64,000 nt of DNA from Anaerovorax odorimutans (GCA_016841185.1 JAENZQ010000017.1:6121-70120); one strand, 5' to 3'; counted from the stretch's first letter, positions 34,809 through 45,509 are shown. Translations and numbers: made by a program. Notes: generated from the letters alone by a model not told the origin.

Positions 34809-36029
34809 TTACTGTTCTTTTTCAATCTTTTTTTGCATATTTATTTTAGTGTTATATATTTTCAAAATAAATAATTTTAGAATTGCAGCAATGGGTACAG
34901 CAAGGAGCATGCCGATGATCCCAAAATATCTGCCGCCGATAATGACGGCAAGAAGAACAAAAACCGGATGAAGGCCGACACTATTACCGACTACCTTCGG
35001 GGCGATGACAGCTCCGTCAATTTGTTGAATGATGAGGAGTACAATGATTGCCAAGATGGCTTTGGCAATACTGCCATCCAGTAAAGCCATGGCTACAGCA
35101 GGGATGATGCCGATGATCGGGCCAAAATAGGGAATTACATTTGCAACACCTGCGAACATACCGATAAATATCGCAAAATCAATGCCTATGATAAATAAAG
35201 CGACGGATGAAACAATGCCTACAATTAGCCCGTCTAAAAGCTGCCCCCTAAAAAAATTTGAAATAACTTTATGAATATCATGAAAGATATCTGACAGGGT
35301 TTCTTTTCCTTTTTGAGGCAAAATAGTAGAAAGAATTTTTTCCCAGAGCCTCATGAAGAACTCCTGATCTTTTAAAACATAAAAAGCAATGACCAATCCC
35401 AGCATGATGTTTAATAAATTGCTGCCAAGGTTTGAAAGTTGGTTGGTAATATTTCCTTTATTCATTAGAATGCCGGCAGAAACCCATTCAAAAAACATTT
35501 CAATAGGATTTCTGATTCTTTCAGTCAGTCCGCTGGAAGCCAATTTGTTATTAACGGTATTAAAAAGTTCTTCATATTTGGAAAAATAGCTGATGATATT
35601 TTCTGTCATGGTATCAATTTTTTCAACAGTAATTTTTCCCATAATCATACTGTAAAGTGTATAGGATAAAATAGAAAATATGATAATAACAATTATAAAA
35701 GCAATTGCAATGCTTAAGGTTCTTCTTTTTTTTTCTATTTGCTTTGCAAGTGCATAGTTTTTAAAGGGCATTTTCTTTCCGGAATGGTTTAATATCCTTT
35801 CATCGATGAGGTTGACCAAAGGACTGAAGAAGTACGCGATAATAAGACCGTAAATCAAAGGTGCAAGTGCACCGAATATTTCGGAAATAGAAACCCCTAT
35901 GAAAGAGATAATCATATTGATATTAGAGAGCGCAGAGTAAAGAATATAAAAGGCCAGAGCTGTTACGACAAGATAGACACTGAATTTAATATATTGTTTA
36001 TCAAACAAAAGATTTTTAAAATCCCTCAT
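34809..36029 (-). CDS. AI-2E family transporter (PerM/YtvI-like)
   Basis: Motifs VIPYFGPIIGIIPAV and IIQQIDGAVIAPKVVGNSVGLHPV. Confidence 0.88.
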   Translation of the reverse strand: MRDFKNLLFDKQYIKFSVYLVVTALAFYILYSALSNINMIISFIGVSISEIFGALAPLIYGLIIAYFFSPLVNLIDERILNHSGKKMPFKNYALAKQIEKKRRTLSIAIAFIIVIIIFSILSYTLYSMIMGKITVEKIDTMTENIISYFSKYEELFNTVNNKLASSGLTERIRNPIEMFFEWVSAGILMNKGNITNQLSNLGSNLLNIMLGLVIAFYVLKDQEFFMRLWEKILSTILPQKGKETLSDIFHDIHKVISNFFRGQLLDGLIVGIVSSVALFIIGIDFAIFIGMFAGVANVIPYFGPIIGIIPAVAMALLDGSIAKAILAIIVLLIIQQIDGAVIAPKVVGNSVGLHPVFVLLAVIIGGRYFGIIGMLLAVPIAAILKLFILKIYNTKINMQKKIEKEQ

Positions 36030-36213
36030 ATATGCCTCCTGTTCTTTTTATAAAAGCAAAGCTTCTCAGCTATTTTACCCTTGGTAAATAAATCTATAAC
36101 TATGGATATGGAATTTATTAGTTATTTCTAACGTTCAGTTTATCAGAAAAATTGGAAAAATTAAATCAATATGTTATATTAAATGAAGAAAAAATATTTG
36201 GAGGTAAATCAGA

Positions 36214-37461
36214 ATGAAATACGATGTTGCAGATATTTCTTCAGCTGATGCAGGAAAGCAAAAAATAGATTGGGTAAAGAGTTATATGCCGCTGTTGAGA
36301 AATTTAGAAAAAGAGTTTTCAGAATTAAAACCTTTCAAAGATATAAAAGTATCACTATCCGTTCATTTGGAAGCTAAAACAGCTTATTTATGTAAAGTAC
36401 TGGCGGCCGGCGGAGCAGATATGGCTGTAACAGGGAGTAATGTACTTTCCACTCAGGATGATGTAGCGGCTGCATTGGCATCCGAAGGTATGAAAGTATT
36501 TGCGAAACACAATGCTTCTAAGGATGAATATTTCAAACATATTGAAATGACATTAGAACACAAGCCGCATATTATTATAGACGATGGCGGTGATCTCATT
36601 AATCTTCTTTATAATAAAAGAAGAGATTTAATGAAGAATCTGATAGGAGGCTGTGAAGAAACAACTACCGGTATCATACGGCTTCGTGCCATGGAAGCCG
36701 ATGGTGTTTTGGAAAATCCTATGATAGCTGTAAATGATGCTTATTGTAAGCATATGTTTGATAACCGTTATGGGACAGGACAGTCCGTTTGGGATGGAAT
36801 AAACAGGACCACCAATCTGATTACTGCCGGTAAAAAAGTAGTTGTTTCCGGCTATGGATGGTGCGGAAGAGGCATTGCCATGAGAGCCAAAGGGTTAGGT
36901 GCTAAAGTCATTGTTACTGAAATCGACCCTATAAAAGCTGTAGAGGCCGTAATGGATGGGTATGAAGTTATGAAAATGGAAAAAGCAGCAGAAGCAGGGG
37001 ATATATTCATTACTGCAACCGGGTGTGACAGGATCATAACAAAAGAGCATATGGAAAAAATGAAGGATGGAGCAATTCTTTGTAATGCGGGACATTTCAA
37101 TGTGGAAATTGACATCGATGCAATTGAAGATCTTGCAGTAGAAACCAGAGAACGAAGAAAGAATATTATGGGATATAAAATGAAAGATGGCCGATGGTTG
37201 AATATATTAGGTGAAGGACGCTTGGTTAATTTAGCATCCGGAGACGGACATCCTGCTGAGATTATGGATATGAGCTTCGCATTGCAGGCAATGGGTGCAC
37301 AATATCTTATTGAAAACAAGGGCAAGCTTGGCAACAGTGTTATCAGCGTCCCGAAAGAAATTGACCTGAGAGTGGCTGAGATGAAACTGAACAGCTGGGG
37401 AATGGAAATCGATTCCCTGACACCTCATCAGAAAGAGTATCTCTCAAGCTGGAACGTGTAA
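36214..37461 (+). CDS. ahcY: Adenosylhomocysteinase (short, 415-aa archaeal/Thermotoga-type)
   Basis: Motifs SVHLEAKTAYL, DDGGDL, EETTTG and VSGYGWCGRGIA (NAD site). Confidence 0.9.
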   Translation: MKYDVADISSADAGKQKIDWVKSYMPLLRNLEKEFSELKPFKDIKVSLSVHLEAKTAYLCKVLAAGGADMAVTGSNVLSTQDDVAAALASEGMKVFAKHNASKDEYFKHIEMTLEHKPHIIIDDGGDLINLLYNKRRDLMKNLIGGCEETTTGIIRLRAMEADGVLENPMIAVNDAYCKHMFDNRYGTGQSVWDGINRTTNLITAGKKVVVSGYGWCGRGIAMRAKGLGAKVIVTEIDPIKAVEAVMDGYEVMKMEKAAEAGDIFITATGCDRIITKEHMEKMKDGAILCNAGHFNVEIDIDAIEDLAVETRERRKNIMGYKMKDGRWLNILGEGRLVNLASGDGHPAEIMDMSFALQAMGAQYLIENKGKLGNSVISVPKEIDLRVAEMKLNSWGMEIDSLTPHQKEYLSSWNV

Positions 37462-37607
37462 GAAGCTTTGCTTCTTATTAGATAACCGATAAAAAAAAAT
37501 AGATAAAAATTAAGGATAATTTTGTTTCACTAAAATTTTCATTCCGAAACTATTGTTTTTATCTTCTGTTGTGACTCAGACTTAACCTTTAATAATAGGA
37601 GACAAAC

Positions 37608-38888
37608 ATGAAGGATTTATTGATAAAAAATGTTGACATAATTACACCGGATGATGTTATAGAAAAAGGCTGTATAGTAATTGATAACGGGGTATTTGAT
37701 TTTATAGGTCTACAGAAGAAAGAGATTATAGAGGCTGCATACAAGAATATCATGGATAAAAAGGGCATGGTGGCTGCCCCGGGGCTTGTCAATGCACATA
37801 CTCACAGTGCCATGGTGATTCTAAGAAATTTTGCCAATGATTATCCAATAGATAAATGGCTTTTTGATTGTATCATTCCTGCTGAAAACAGGCTTTCTCC
37901 GGAAAATATTTATTGGGGTACGATTTTAGCCATAGCTGAGATGCTTCAGTCAGGAACTACTGCTTTTCTGGATATGTACTTACATATGGACAGGGTTGCT
38001 CAGGCTGTGTCGGAGACCGGGATTAAAGCCTGTTTGTCCAAGGATGTGATTCAATCTAAGGTAAGAAATCATGACGTGGCTATTGACAAAGAAGGATTCA
38101 AACAGTTCTATCTGCAGTGGCATAATTATGACAACAGAATAAAAGTGAGCACAGAGATTCATTCGGTTTTTTTATATGAAAAAGATGCTTTGTACGAGGC
38201 GGCACAGGTGGCTAAAGACTATAATACGCCAATTCATATTCATATTCTTGAAGGCAGGAGAGAAAGAAAATCAAGCATGGATATACATAAAATGAGCCCT
38301 TTAAAAGCCTGTCTGGAATACGGAATTTTGGATATGCCGGTGGTGGCTGCTCACTGTATTCACCTAAAAGACTGGGAACTGGAACTTATTAAGGAAAAGG
38401 ATGTTGTTCCGGTTCATTGCCCTTCCAGTAATCTGATACTGGGAAGCGGGATTTCGCCTGTACCCCAAATGCTAGAAAAGGGAATTTCCGTAGCGTTAGG
38501 CACGGATGGAGCAGCAAGTAATAACAATTTAAATATGTTTGAAGAGATGCATATCGCTTCCCTGATACATAAAGGGATTCATATGAACCCCGAACTAATG
38601 AAAGCTCATGACGTACTGAATATGGCTACGGTCAGTGGCGCAAGGGCATTGGGTTTTGAGAATACCGGAGAGATTATTGAAGGAAAAGAAGCGGATATTA
38701 TTCTTATAGACAAGAATAAGCCTCATTTGCAGCCTTTCAGAAATCATGAAACGGCTATGGTTTATTCGGTTCAGGCTTCCGATGTCAATACAACCATTGT
38801 TAATGGTAAAATACTTATGGAGAATCGTGAGTTAAAGACCATTGACATCGAAAAAGCTATGGCATATATTAAAGATTTGAAATTGTAA
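37608..38888 (+). CDS. mtaD: 5-methylthioadenosine/S-adenosylhomocysteine deaminase (amidohydrolase)
   Basis: Motifs GLVNAHTHSAM, HIHILE and ALGTDGAASNN. Confidence 0.85.
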   Translation: MKDLLIKNVDIITPDDVIEKGCIVIDNGVFDFIGLQKKEIIEAAYKNIMDKKGMVAAPGLVNAHTHSAMVILRNFANDYPIDKWLFDCIIPAENRLSPENIYWGTILAIAEMLQSGTTAFLDMYLHMDRVAQAVSETGIKACLSKDVIQSKVRNHDVAIDKEGFKQFYLQWHNYDNRIKVSTEIHSVFLYEKDALYEAAQVAKDYNTPIHIHILEGRRERKSSMDIHKMSPLKACLEYGILDMPVVAAHCIHLKDWELELIKEKDVVPVHCPSSNLILGSGISPVPQMLEKGISVALGTDGAASNNNLNMFEEMHIASLIHKGIHMNPELMKAHDVLNMATVSGARALGFENTGEIIEGKEADIILIDKNKPHLQPFRNHETAMVYSVQASDVNTTIVNGKILMENRELKTIDIEKAMAYIKDLKL

Positions 38889-39045
38889 TTTAGTATGAAT
38901 ATAGCAAGAATAATGTATCTCAGGAAATTATTCATAATTTTCTTTTCACTTTTGTCTTTTAAAAGATTGACATATCAATTTGAAGAGATTTAAGGTATAA
39001 TGAATAAAATGAAATCGACACTTAGAATCAGGGGTGGGTGAGGAT

Positions 39046-40044
39046 ATGCCGGACATCCTGACACATATTGCTTATGCGGACGAAGTTCTGGAGCATTTGG
39101 AGGATAGGCAACTGAGAGGGCAAATCAAGAAAAGGATGGAGCTTTTCAGGTTTGGAGCCCAGGGCCCAGACTTCTTTTTTTATCATGATTTTTTAAGCCG
39201 TAAAAAGGACGACGTTAATGCCGTCGGAAACCTTATGCATGAAACCTATACCGGTGAATTTCTTAAACAGTTTTTCGATTCATTTTTATTGAAAGAAACA
39301 AAAGAGGCATTTTTTTATGATCTGCTAAGCTATTATCTTGGGTTCGTATGTCATTACACTTTGGATAAGACCGTACATCCTTTTATTTATTGTTATTCAG
39401 GGTATAATTTTTCAGAAGGAAAAGAAAAAGGACGGCACAGTGCTCTGCACAAGAAAATGGAAAATCATATTGATGTATATGTCTGGCAGATAAAAAAACA
39501 CAAAAGAGCTTGCACAGAGCGGGTCCATAGATTGATAAAAATTGAAAAGAGAACTCAATATCCTATCATGGATTATTTACATAAGATGATCACACATATT
39601 TACAAAACGAACCTTTCGGTAACAGAGATAGAGGATTCCTATCGGCATATGATAAAAGCACTAAAACTTTTGTATGATCCCATAGGAATAAAAAAAGCAT
39701 TGCTTTATATCTTGGAATCAGTAAAAGGAAAGAGCATTGATATAGGCAAGCCTCTATATTCAGCTGAGATAGAGGAAAGTAAAAAATATTTAAATTTGGA
39801 TAAGAGAGTATGGGCGCATCCTCTGGATGCATCCATTCAATATAATACATCTTTTATTGAGCTGTATACCTGTGCAGTACGCGAAGGTACGGACATGATT
39901 GCTCAGATTGCAGAATTGATCCATAAAAAAACGCCTATAGGTATGGAGATATTAGGAAATAAATCTTATTTGACCAATTTTATCTGGCATTCGAAAGAAA
40001 ATTTAATTTTTGTCGAATCTGAAGGACTTTTATCTCAAAACTAA
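39046..40044 (+). CDS. Zinc-dependent phospholipase C-like family protein (putative)
   Basis: N-terminal MPDILTHIAYA, GAQGPDFFFYH and VCHYTLDKTVHP, as in Zn_dep_PLPC-annotated Firmicutes proteins. Confidence 0.6.
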   Translation: MPDILTHIAYADEVLEHLEDRQLRGQIKKRMELFRFGAQGPDFFFYHDFLSRKKDDVNAVGNLMHETYTGEFLKQFFDSFLLKETKEAFFYDLLSYYLGFVCHYTLDKTVHPFIYCYSGYNFSEGKEKGRHSALHKKMENHIDVYVWQIKKHKRACTERVHRLIKIEKRTQYPIMDYLHKMITHIYKTNLSVTEIEDSYRHMIKALKLLYDPIGIKKALLYILESVKGKSIDIGKPLYSAEIEESKKYLNLDKRVWAHPLDASIQYNTSFIELYTCAVREGTDMIAQIAELIHKKTPIGMEILGNKSYLTNFIWHSKENLIFVESEGLLSQN

Positions 40045-40065
40045 CAAAAAGAGAGGTGATGATAA

Positions 40066-41250
40066 ATGAGACTATCAAAACGAATGAAGAAAATGGAGGA
40101 TAAAGAGCTTCTTAGACTTATGGAGCTTGCTGACGATCCCAATATGATCTCCTTTGCCGGAGGGTTTCCTTCTCCGGAAACATATCCGCTTAAAGAAATC
40201 AAAGAATCTTTTCTGGCTGTATTGGAAAGATACGGGCAGGAGGCTTTAAGCTACAGTTCAACCAGTGGATTTTCACCCCTGAGAGCAAAAATAGCCAACA
40301 GAATGAATGAAAAATACAGTACTTCGTTAACAGAAGATGAGGTCATCATTACCAGTGGCTCGCAGCAGGCATTGGATATGAGCGGCATGCTGTTTATCGA
40401 TAAAGGAGATATGATTCTATGTGAAACGCCTTCTTATTTAGGGGCATTAAATATATTCAAGGCTTATGGAGCGGAGTTTCTGGAAGTACCTACGGACTCG
40501 AAGGGTATTATTCCTGAAGCATTGGAAGAGAAAGTCAGGAAATACGGAGATAGAATTAAGATGGCGTATGTAATACCGGATTTTCAGAATCCTACCTGTA
40601 GGTGTTGGACGGTAGAAAGACGCAAAGAATTTATTAATATTATGAAGCATTATGATATTGCCATATTGGAGGATTCGGCATATTCAGATATTACATATGA
40701 AGAGATGAACAGGCCGCCTCTTATTTCACTGGATGAAAGAGGGCAGGTTATTAATTGCGGTTCTTTTTCAAAAATATTCTGCCCCGGTTTTCGGGTCGCT
40801 TGGATATGTACAAAAAAACAAATGATTGAAAAATATATGATGTTGAAACCCAGTATTGACTTAAGTTCGTCTTCCATCAATCAGAGAATGATCGATATGT
40901 ATCTGGAAAAATTCAGCCTGGATCATCATATAAGTCAAATCATTGAACTCTATCGAAGACGCCGTGATTTGGCTTTAGAGACAATGAAGATGTACTTTCC
41001 CGATTCTGTTGAATTTGATAAGCCAAAAGGAGGACTTTTTGCATGGATTCGGCTTCCGGATAATAAAAATGCAAGGGAACTGTTAGAACTGGCGCTGGAA
41101 AGGAAAGTTGCATTTGTTCCCGGTGGGTCTTTTTATTCAAAGAATGGAAAAGAAAATGAATTCAGATTGAATTATTCAAATATGCCGGAGGATAAAATTG
41201 TAAAAGGGATAAAGATTTTAGGAGAAATATTGACTGTATTCCTGAGATAA
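40066..41250 (+). CDS. PLP-dependent aminotransferase, class I/II (LysN/ARO8-like)
   Basis: Motifs ISFAGGFPSPETYP, ITSGSQQALD and GSFSKIFCPGFRVAW (PLP Lys). Confidence 0.85.
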   Translation: MRLSKRMKKMEDKELLRLMELADDPNMISFAGGFPSPETYPLKEIKESFLAVLERYGQEALSYSSTSGFSPLRAKIANRMNEKYSTSLTEDEVIITSGSQQALDMSGMLFIDKGDMILCETPSYLGALNIFKAYGAEFLEVPTDSKGIIPEALEEKVRKYGDRIKMAYVIPDFQNPTCRCWTVERRKEFINIMKHYDIAILEDSAYSDITYEEMNRPPLISLDERGQVINCGSFSKIFCPGFRVAWICTKKQMIEKYMMLKPSIDLSSSSINQRMIDMYLEKFSLDHHISQIIELYRRRRDLALETMKMYFPDSVEFDKPKGGLFAWIRLPDNKNARELLELALERKVAFVPGGSFYSKNGKENEFRLNYSNMPEDKIVKGIKILGEILTVFLR

Positions 41251-41261
41251 AGACTAAAGAA

Positions 41262-41284
41262 AACAGCTCCGTAACGGAGCTGTT
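41262..41284. terminator. Hairpin shared by the aminotransferase (+) and tiny ORF (-)
   Basis: AACAGCTCCG-TAA-CGGAGCTGTT. The T-rich tail (TTTCTTTAGTCTTT) is only on the minus strand. Confidence 0.6.
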
Positions 41285-41332
41285 AAGTTAAGTCAATTCT
41301 TCTTAGTAGCGATAACAGTAGTTACAGAATAT

Positions 41333-41410
41333 TACGACAAGCAGTAGAAAGAAGAAGAGTAAACTGGTATCTGCACCACCGTATACGCCATCACAAGCTG
41401 TATCAGCCAT
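41333..41410 (-). CDS. Candidate tiny hydrophobic peptide, 25 aa: MADTACDGVYGGADTSLLFFFLLLS
   Basis: AGGTGA SD 4 nt before ATG 41410. Followed by hairpin 41284-41262 and a T tract on the minus strand. Gly-rich head plus hydrophobic tail loosely recalls YjcZ-type tiny sporulation peptides. Confidence 0.25.
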
Positions 41411-41688
41411 AATATCACCTGCACTTTATTTTATTTACTTTTAAAGTATTCAACACCAACTGTAAATGTGAACACTGAATGAATATGTTCCTCAAGTGTT
41501 TTATACTTTTCTCAAATAGTGATCTTAATATAGAATATTCATTTGTTCGGTAAAATGATACTAACTGAGTAAAACACTTAATTGAAACTTTTAAAAGTTT
41601 TGATAAATAGCCTTACTGCACAATTCGTATAACCGTTATTCTAAAAACTGAAAAAATGAATTTAAAAACCATAAACAGAGGTGAAAAG

Positions 41689-43173
41689 ATGATTCAATAT
41701 ATAAGTACCCGAGGTAATCAGGAAAGGAAAAATGCTGCACAAGCCATTATTCAGGGAATTGCCATGGATAAAGGGCTTTTTGTTCCGGATTGTCTGCCGG
41801 TTTTGGGCCAGGATATTTCTCAATTGATTGGAAAAAAATATGCTGATATTGCTTATGAAGTTCTGTCAAAATATCTGGGCGGTTTTACCAAAGAGGAAAT
41901 TCATGATGCCATCAATAAAGCCTATGATGAAAAGTTCGAATCGGAAGAAATTGTTCCCCTGGTGGAAAAAGAAGGTGTTTTCTTTTTAGAATTGTATCAT
42001 GGAAAGACTGCTGCTTTTAAAGATGTTGCACTTTCTATTTTGCCGCATTTATTGACAACTGCTCTGAAAAAAGAAAAGGAAAACAGAAAGGTCGTGATCC
42101 TTACCGCTACATCAGGAGATACCGGAAAGGCGGCTCTTGAAGGTTTTGCCGATGTTGAGAATACAGAGATTATTGTTTTCTATCCTTCATATGGTGTCAG
42201 CGAGATTCAAAAAAGGCAGATGGTGACACAGAAAGGACAAAACACCCATGTCATCGCCCTGAAAGGTAACTTTGACGATGCACAAAACGGTGTGAAAAAA
42301 ATATTCAATGACAGGCCTTTTAATGAAAGCTTACACAATGAAGGGTTCATGCTTTCTTCTGCCAATTCCATTAATGTAGGGCGCCTGATCCCTCAAATTG
42401 TTTATTATGTGTATGCCTATGTGAAATTATTGGAAAAGGGAAGGATAAAAAAAGACGGCAAAATAAACATTGTAGTACCCACGGGTAATTTCGGAAATAT
42501 ATTGGCTGCCTATTATGCCTGTCAAATGGGCGTTCCTGTTAATCAATTTATTTGTGCTTCCAACAGGAACAAAGTACTGACGGATTTTATCAACACGGGT
42601 ATCTATAACATCAACAGGGAATTTCATGTAACAAATTCTCCTTCAATGGATATCTTGATTTCAAGCAATCTTGAAAGACTCCTGTTTCATATAAGCGGCG
42701 GACAGACTTCTGTCATAAAATCATTGATGGAGAAACTGGAAAAAGAAAAGAAGTACGAATTGCCTGAATATATGAAAGAGAAAATGCGGATCTTTACTGG
42801 GGGATATGCGGACGATAAAAGTACTCTAAAAACCATTAAAGAACTGTATCAGAAAGGGGCTTATCTCATAGATACGCATACTGCCGTAGGTTATAATGTT
42901 TATTTGAAGTATAGACGGGAAACACAAGATGATACGCCTACGGTCATAGCGTCTACGGCCAGTCCTTATAAATTTACCAATAGTGTCATTGCTGCAATTG
43001 CACCTGAGAAACAAGGATCTGAATTCCAATTGATCGAGAAACTACAGCAGGCCACAGGCAGTCGGATTCCAAAAGCTTTAGCGGATCTGGATAAAAAGGA
43101 AATTTTACATCATGCTGTTATCGAAAAGGACCAGATGATGAGTCAGATAAAAGAAGTACTTTTAAAGAAATAG
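41689..43173 (+). CDS. thrC: Threonine synthase
   Basis: MIQYISTRGN start and PLP site HGKTAAFKDVAL. AGAGGTGA SD before ATG 41689 (track start 41656 is upstream). Confidence 0.9.
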   Translation: MIQYISTRGNQERKNAAQAIIQGIAMDKGLFVPDCLPVLGQDISQLIGKKYADIAYEVLSKYLGGFTKEEIHDAINKAYDEKFESEEIVPLVEKEGVFFLELYHGKTAAFKDVALSILPHLLTTALKKEKENRKVVILTATSGDTGKAALEGFADVENTEIIVFYPSYGVSEIQKRQMVTQKGQNTHVIALKGNFDDAQNGVKKIFNDRPFNESLHNEGFMLSSANSINVGRLIPQIVYYVYAYVKLLEKGRIKKDGKINIVVPTGNFGNILAAYYACQMGVPVNQFICASNRNKVLTDFINTGIYNINREFHVTNSPSMDILISSNLERLLFHISGGQTSVIKSLMEKLEKEKKYELPEYMKEKMRIFTGGYADDKSTLKTIKELYQKGAYLIDTHTAVGYNVYLKYRRETQDDTPTVIASTASPYKFTNSVIAAIAPEKQGSEFQLIEKLQQATGSRIPKALADLDKKEILHHAVIEKDQMMSQIKEVLLKK

Positions 43174-43211
43174 TACTGCTCAATTCTTTAAGATTTCAAA
43201 AGGAGGAAAAA

Positions 43212-45509
43212 ATGATTATACAACAACTTGCCAAAGAATTTCAAATAAAAGTTTCGCAGGTTGAAAGCACCATTCAATTGATAGATGACGGCAATACAAT
43301 TCCTTTTATTGCACGATATCGTAAAGAAATGACAGGAGGCTTGTCTGATGTGATATTGAGAGATCTTCATCAGCGACTTCAATACCTGAGAAATCTTGAG
43401 GAAAGGAAGCAGGAAGTTTTAAAGCTAATTGACGAACAGGGGAAATTGACGGAAGAGCTGGAAAAGGAAATTCTCTCTGCCCAAGTCCTTCAAAAAGTAG
43501 AGGATTTATACAGACCCTTCAAGCAGAAAAAAAGTACACGGGCATCTAAGGCAAAAGAAAAGGGGCTGGAACCTCTTGCAGTTTTTCTTTTAGAACAAGA
43601 GATGCAAGAAAGGGATATAGAAGGCTATGCCAAATCTTTTTTGAATGAGGAAAAAGGAGTCAGCACCGTAGAAGAAGCTCTTGCAGGTGCCATGGATATC
43701 ATTGCTGAGCAGGTTTCAGATAATCCGCTGTTCAGAGAGGAAATTCGAAATTTGACATTAAAAGAGGGCTCGATTCTTTCGGAAGCAGTTAATACTGAAG
43801 AAAAAACAGTTTTTGAAATGTATTATGAATATTCCGAACCTATCTCTAAAATCCCCAATCATAGAATATTAGCACTCAACAGAGGTGAAAAAGAAAAGAA
43901 ACTCAAAGTTAAATTACATGCACCATCAGAAGAGATCCTCTTCAAGTTGAAAAAAAATGTAATCAATAATCCAAATGCGCAGTCGGCTCCGTTTATTGAA
44001 AGAAGCATTGAAGATGCCTATAAAAGACTCATTGCCCCTTCCATAGAGAGGGAAATAAGAAACATACTCTCAGAAAGGGCTGAGAAAGAAGCCGTACAAG
44101 TTTTTGCAAAAAATACGGAGAAACTTCTTATGTCACCGCCTGTGATTAACGCAAGAGTTATGGGTATCGATCCAAGCTTTCGAACGGGATGCAAAATTAC
44201 GGTTTTGGATGAAACCGGAAAGCTGTTGGAATATACAACCATTTATCCGAATCCTCCTCAAAATGAGTTTAAAAAATCGAAGGCGGTCATAAAGAGCCTG
44301 ATAAATAAGTATAATATAGATGTTGTTGCAATCGGAAATGGAACTGCATCCCGGGAAACGGAACATTTCATATCGGAAACCATAACAGAAATTGACAGCA
44401 AGGTGCATTTTACAATTGTCAGTGAAGCAGGCGCCTCTGTTTATTCTGCATCAAAATTAGCCACGGAGGAGTATCCGGATCTGGATGTGACCACAAGAGG
44501 TTCTTTATCCATCGGCAGGCGGCTACAGGACCCGTTGGCCGAACTGGTAAAAATAGATCCTAAGCATATTGGAGTGGGACAGTATCAGCATGATGTCAAT
44601 CAATCCATGTTAGATGAAGCTCTTACCAATGTAGTGGAAGATTGTGTGAACCGGGTAGGTGTTGACTTGAATACGGCTTCGCCGTCTTTGCTCAAGTATA
44701 TTTCAGGAATTAATGCATCTATAGCAAAAAACATCGTTCAATATAGGGAGGAAAAAGGTAAGTTTAAAAAAAGGACAGAATTGAAAAAGGTGCCCAAATT
44801 AGGAGAAAAAGCATTTGAACAATGCGCCGGTTTTTTAAGAGTTACAGACGGAGAGAACGCTTTAGATGCAACTGCGGTGCATCCTGAATCATATGAGGCC
44901 GCAGAACAATTGATGTCTTTATTAGGAGTCGAAAAAGAAAGCCTCCGTAAAGGCGGAAATAAAATGATAGAAGAAAAAATAATGGCTTTTTCAGAAGAAG
45001 TACCTGAGTCTCCTGTTTTAGAACCAAAAACAATCAAGAACCTTCAGGAATTGTCCCAAATAAAACAAGCTGTCATCCAAAAGCAAAAACCTTTGACAAA
45101 AAAAGAAAAAATTCATTATAATCTTAAAAAGATTGCTTCCGAATTAGACATAGGACTTCCTACTCTGGAGGATATGGTAAAAGAATTTATAAAGCCTGGA
45201 AGAGATTCCAGGGAAGAAATGCCTCAGGTGGTCTTTCGAAGCGATGTCTTGAAATTTGAAGATTTAAAAATAGATATGGAGCTCAATGGAACTGTTAGGA
45301 ATGTAGTGGATTTTGGCGCTTTTGTAGATATAGGTGTTAAAAATGACGGCTTGATACATATTTCGGAAATAAGTGAGCGTTATATTAAACATCCTACAGA
45401 TATTCTAAGCGTGGGGGATATCGTTCGGGTTAAAATTATCGATATAGATATTGAAAGAGGGAGAGTGTCTCTCAGTATGAAAAATTTGAGTAATGAGGTG
45501 CAAAAATGA
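43212..45509 (+). CDS. tex: Tex-like transcription accessory protein (YqgF, HhH and S1 domains)
   Basis: Motifs FIARYRKEMTGGL, MGIDPSFRTGCK and a C-terminal S1 domain (GTVRNVVDFGAFVDIG). Confidence 0.9.
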   Translation: MIIQQLAKEFQIKVSQVESTIQLIDDGNTIPFIARYRKEMTGGLSDVILRDLHQRLQYLRNLEERKQEVLKLIDEQGKLTEELEKEILSAQVLQKVEDLYRPFKQKKSTRASKAKEKGLEPLAVFLLEQEMQERDIEGYAKSFLNEEKGVSTVEEALAGAMDIIAEQVSDNPLFREEIRNLTLKEGSILSEAVNTEEKTVFEMYYEYSEPISKIPNHRILALNRGEKEKKLKVKLHAPSEEILFKLKKNVINNPNAQSAPFIERSIEDAYKRLIAPSIEREIRNILSERAEKEAVQVFAKNTEKLLMSPPVINARVMGIDPSFRTGCKITVLDETGKLLEYTTIYPNPPQNEFKKSKAVIKSLINKYNIDVVAIGNGTASRETEHFISETITEIDSKVHFTIVSEAGASVYSASKLATEEYPDLDVTTRGSLSIGRRLQDPLAELVKIDPKHIGVGQYQHDVNQSMLDEALTNVVEDCVNRVGVDLNTASPSLLKYISGINASIAKNIVQYREEKGKFKKRTELKKVPKLGEKAFEQCAGFLRVTDGENALDATAVHPESYEAAEQLMSLLGVEKESLRKGGNKMIEEKIMAFSEEVPESPVLEPKTIKNLQELSQIKQAVIQKQKPLTKKEKIHYNLKKIASELDIGLPTLEDMVKEFIKPGRDSREEMPQVVFRSDVLKFEDLKIDMELNGTVRNVVDFGAFVDIGVKNDGLIHISEISERYIKHPTDILSVGDIVRVKIIDIDIERGRVSLSMKNLSNEVQK

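Noticed and set aside
36030-36213. SAH riboswitch upstream of ahcY.
   Set aside because: The region is uniformly AT-rich, with no GC-rich pseudoknotted stem typical of SAH riboswitches. Only promoter-like sequence is visible.
41420-41688. T-box or other leader upstream of thrC.
   Set aside because: There is no T-box consensus (AATTAGGGTGGTACCGCG-like) and no terminator/antiterminator pair. The sequence is AT-rich without stable stems.
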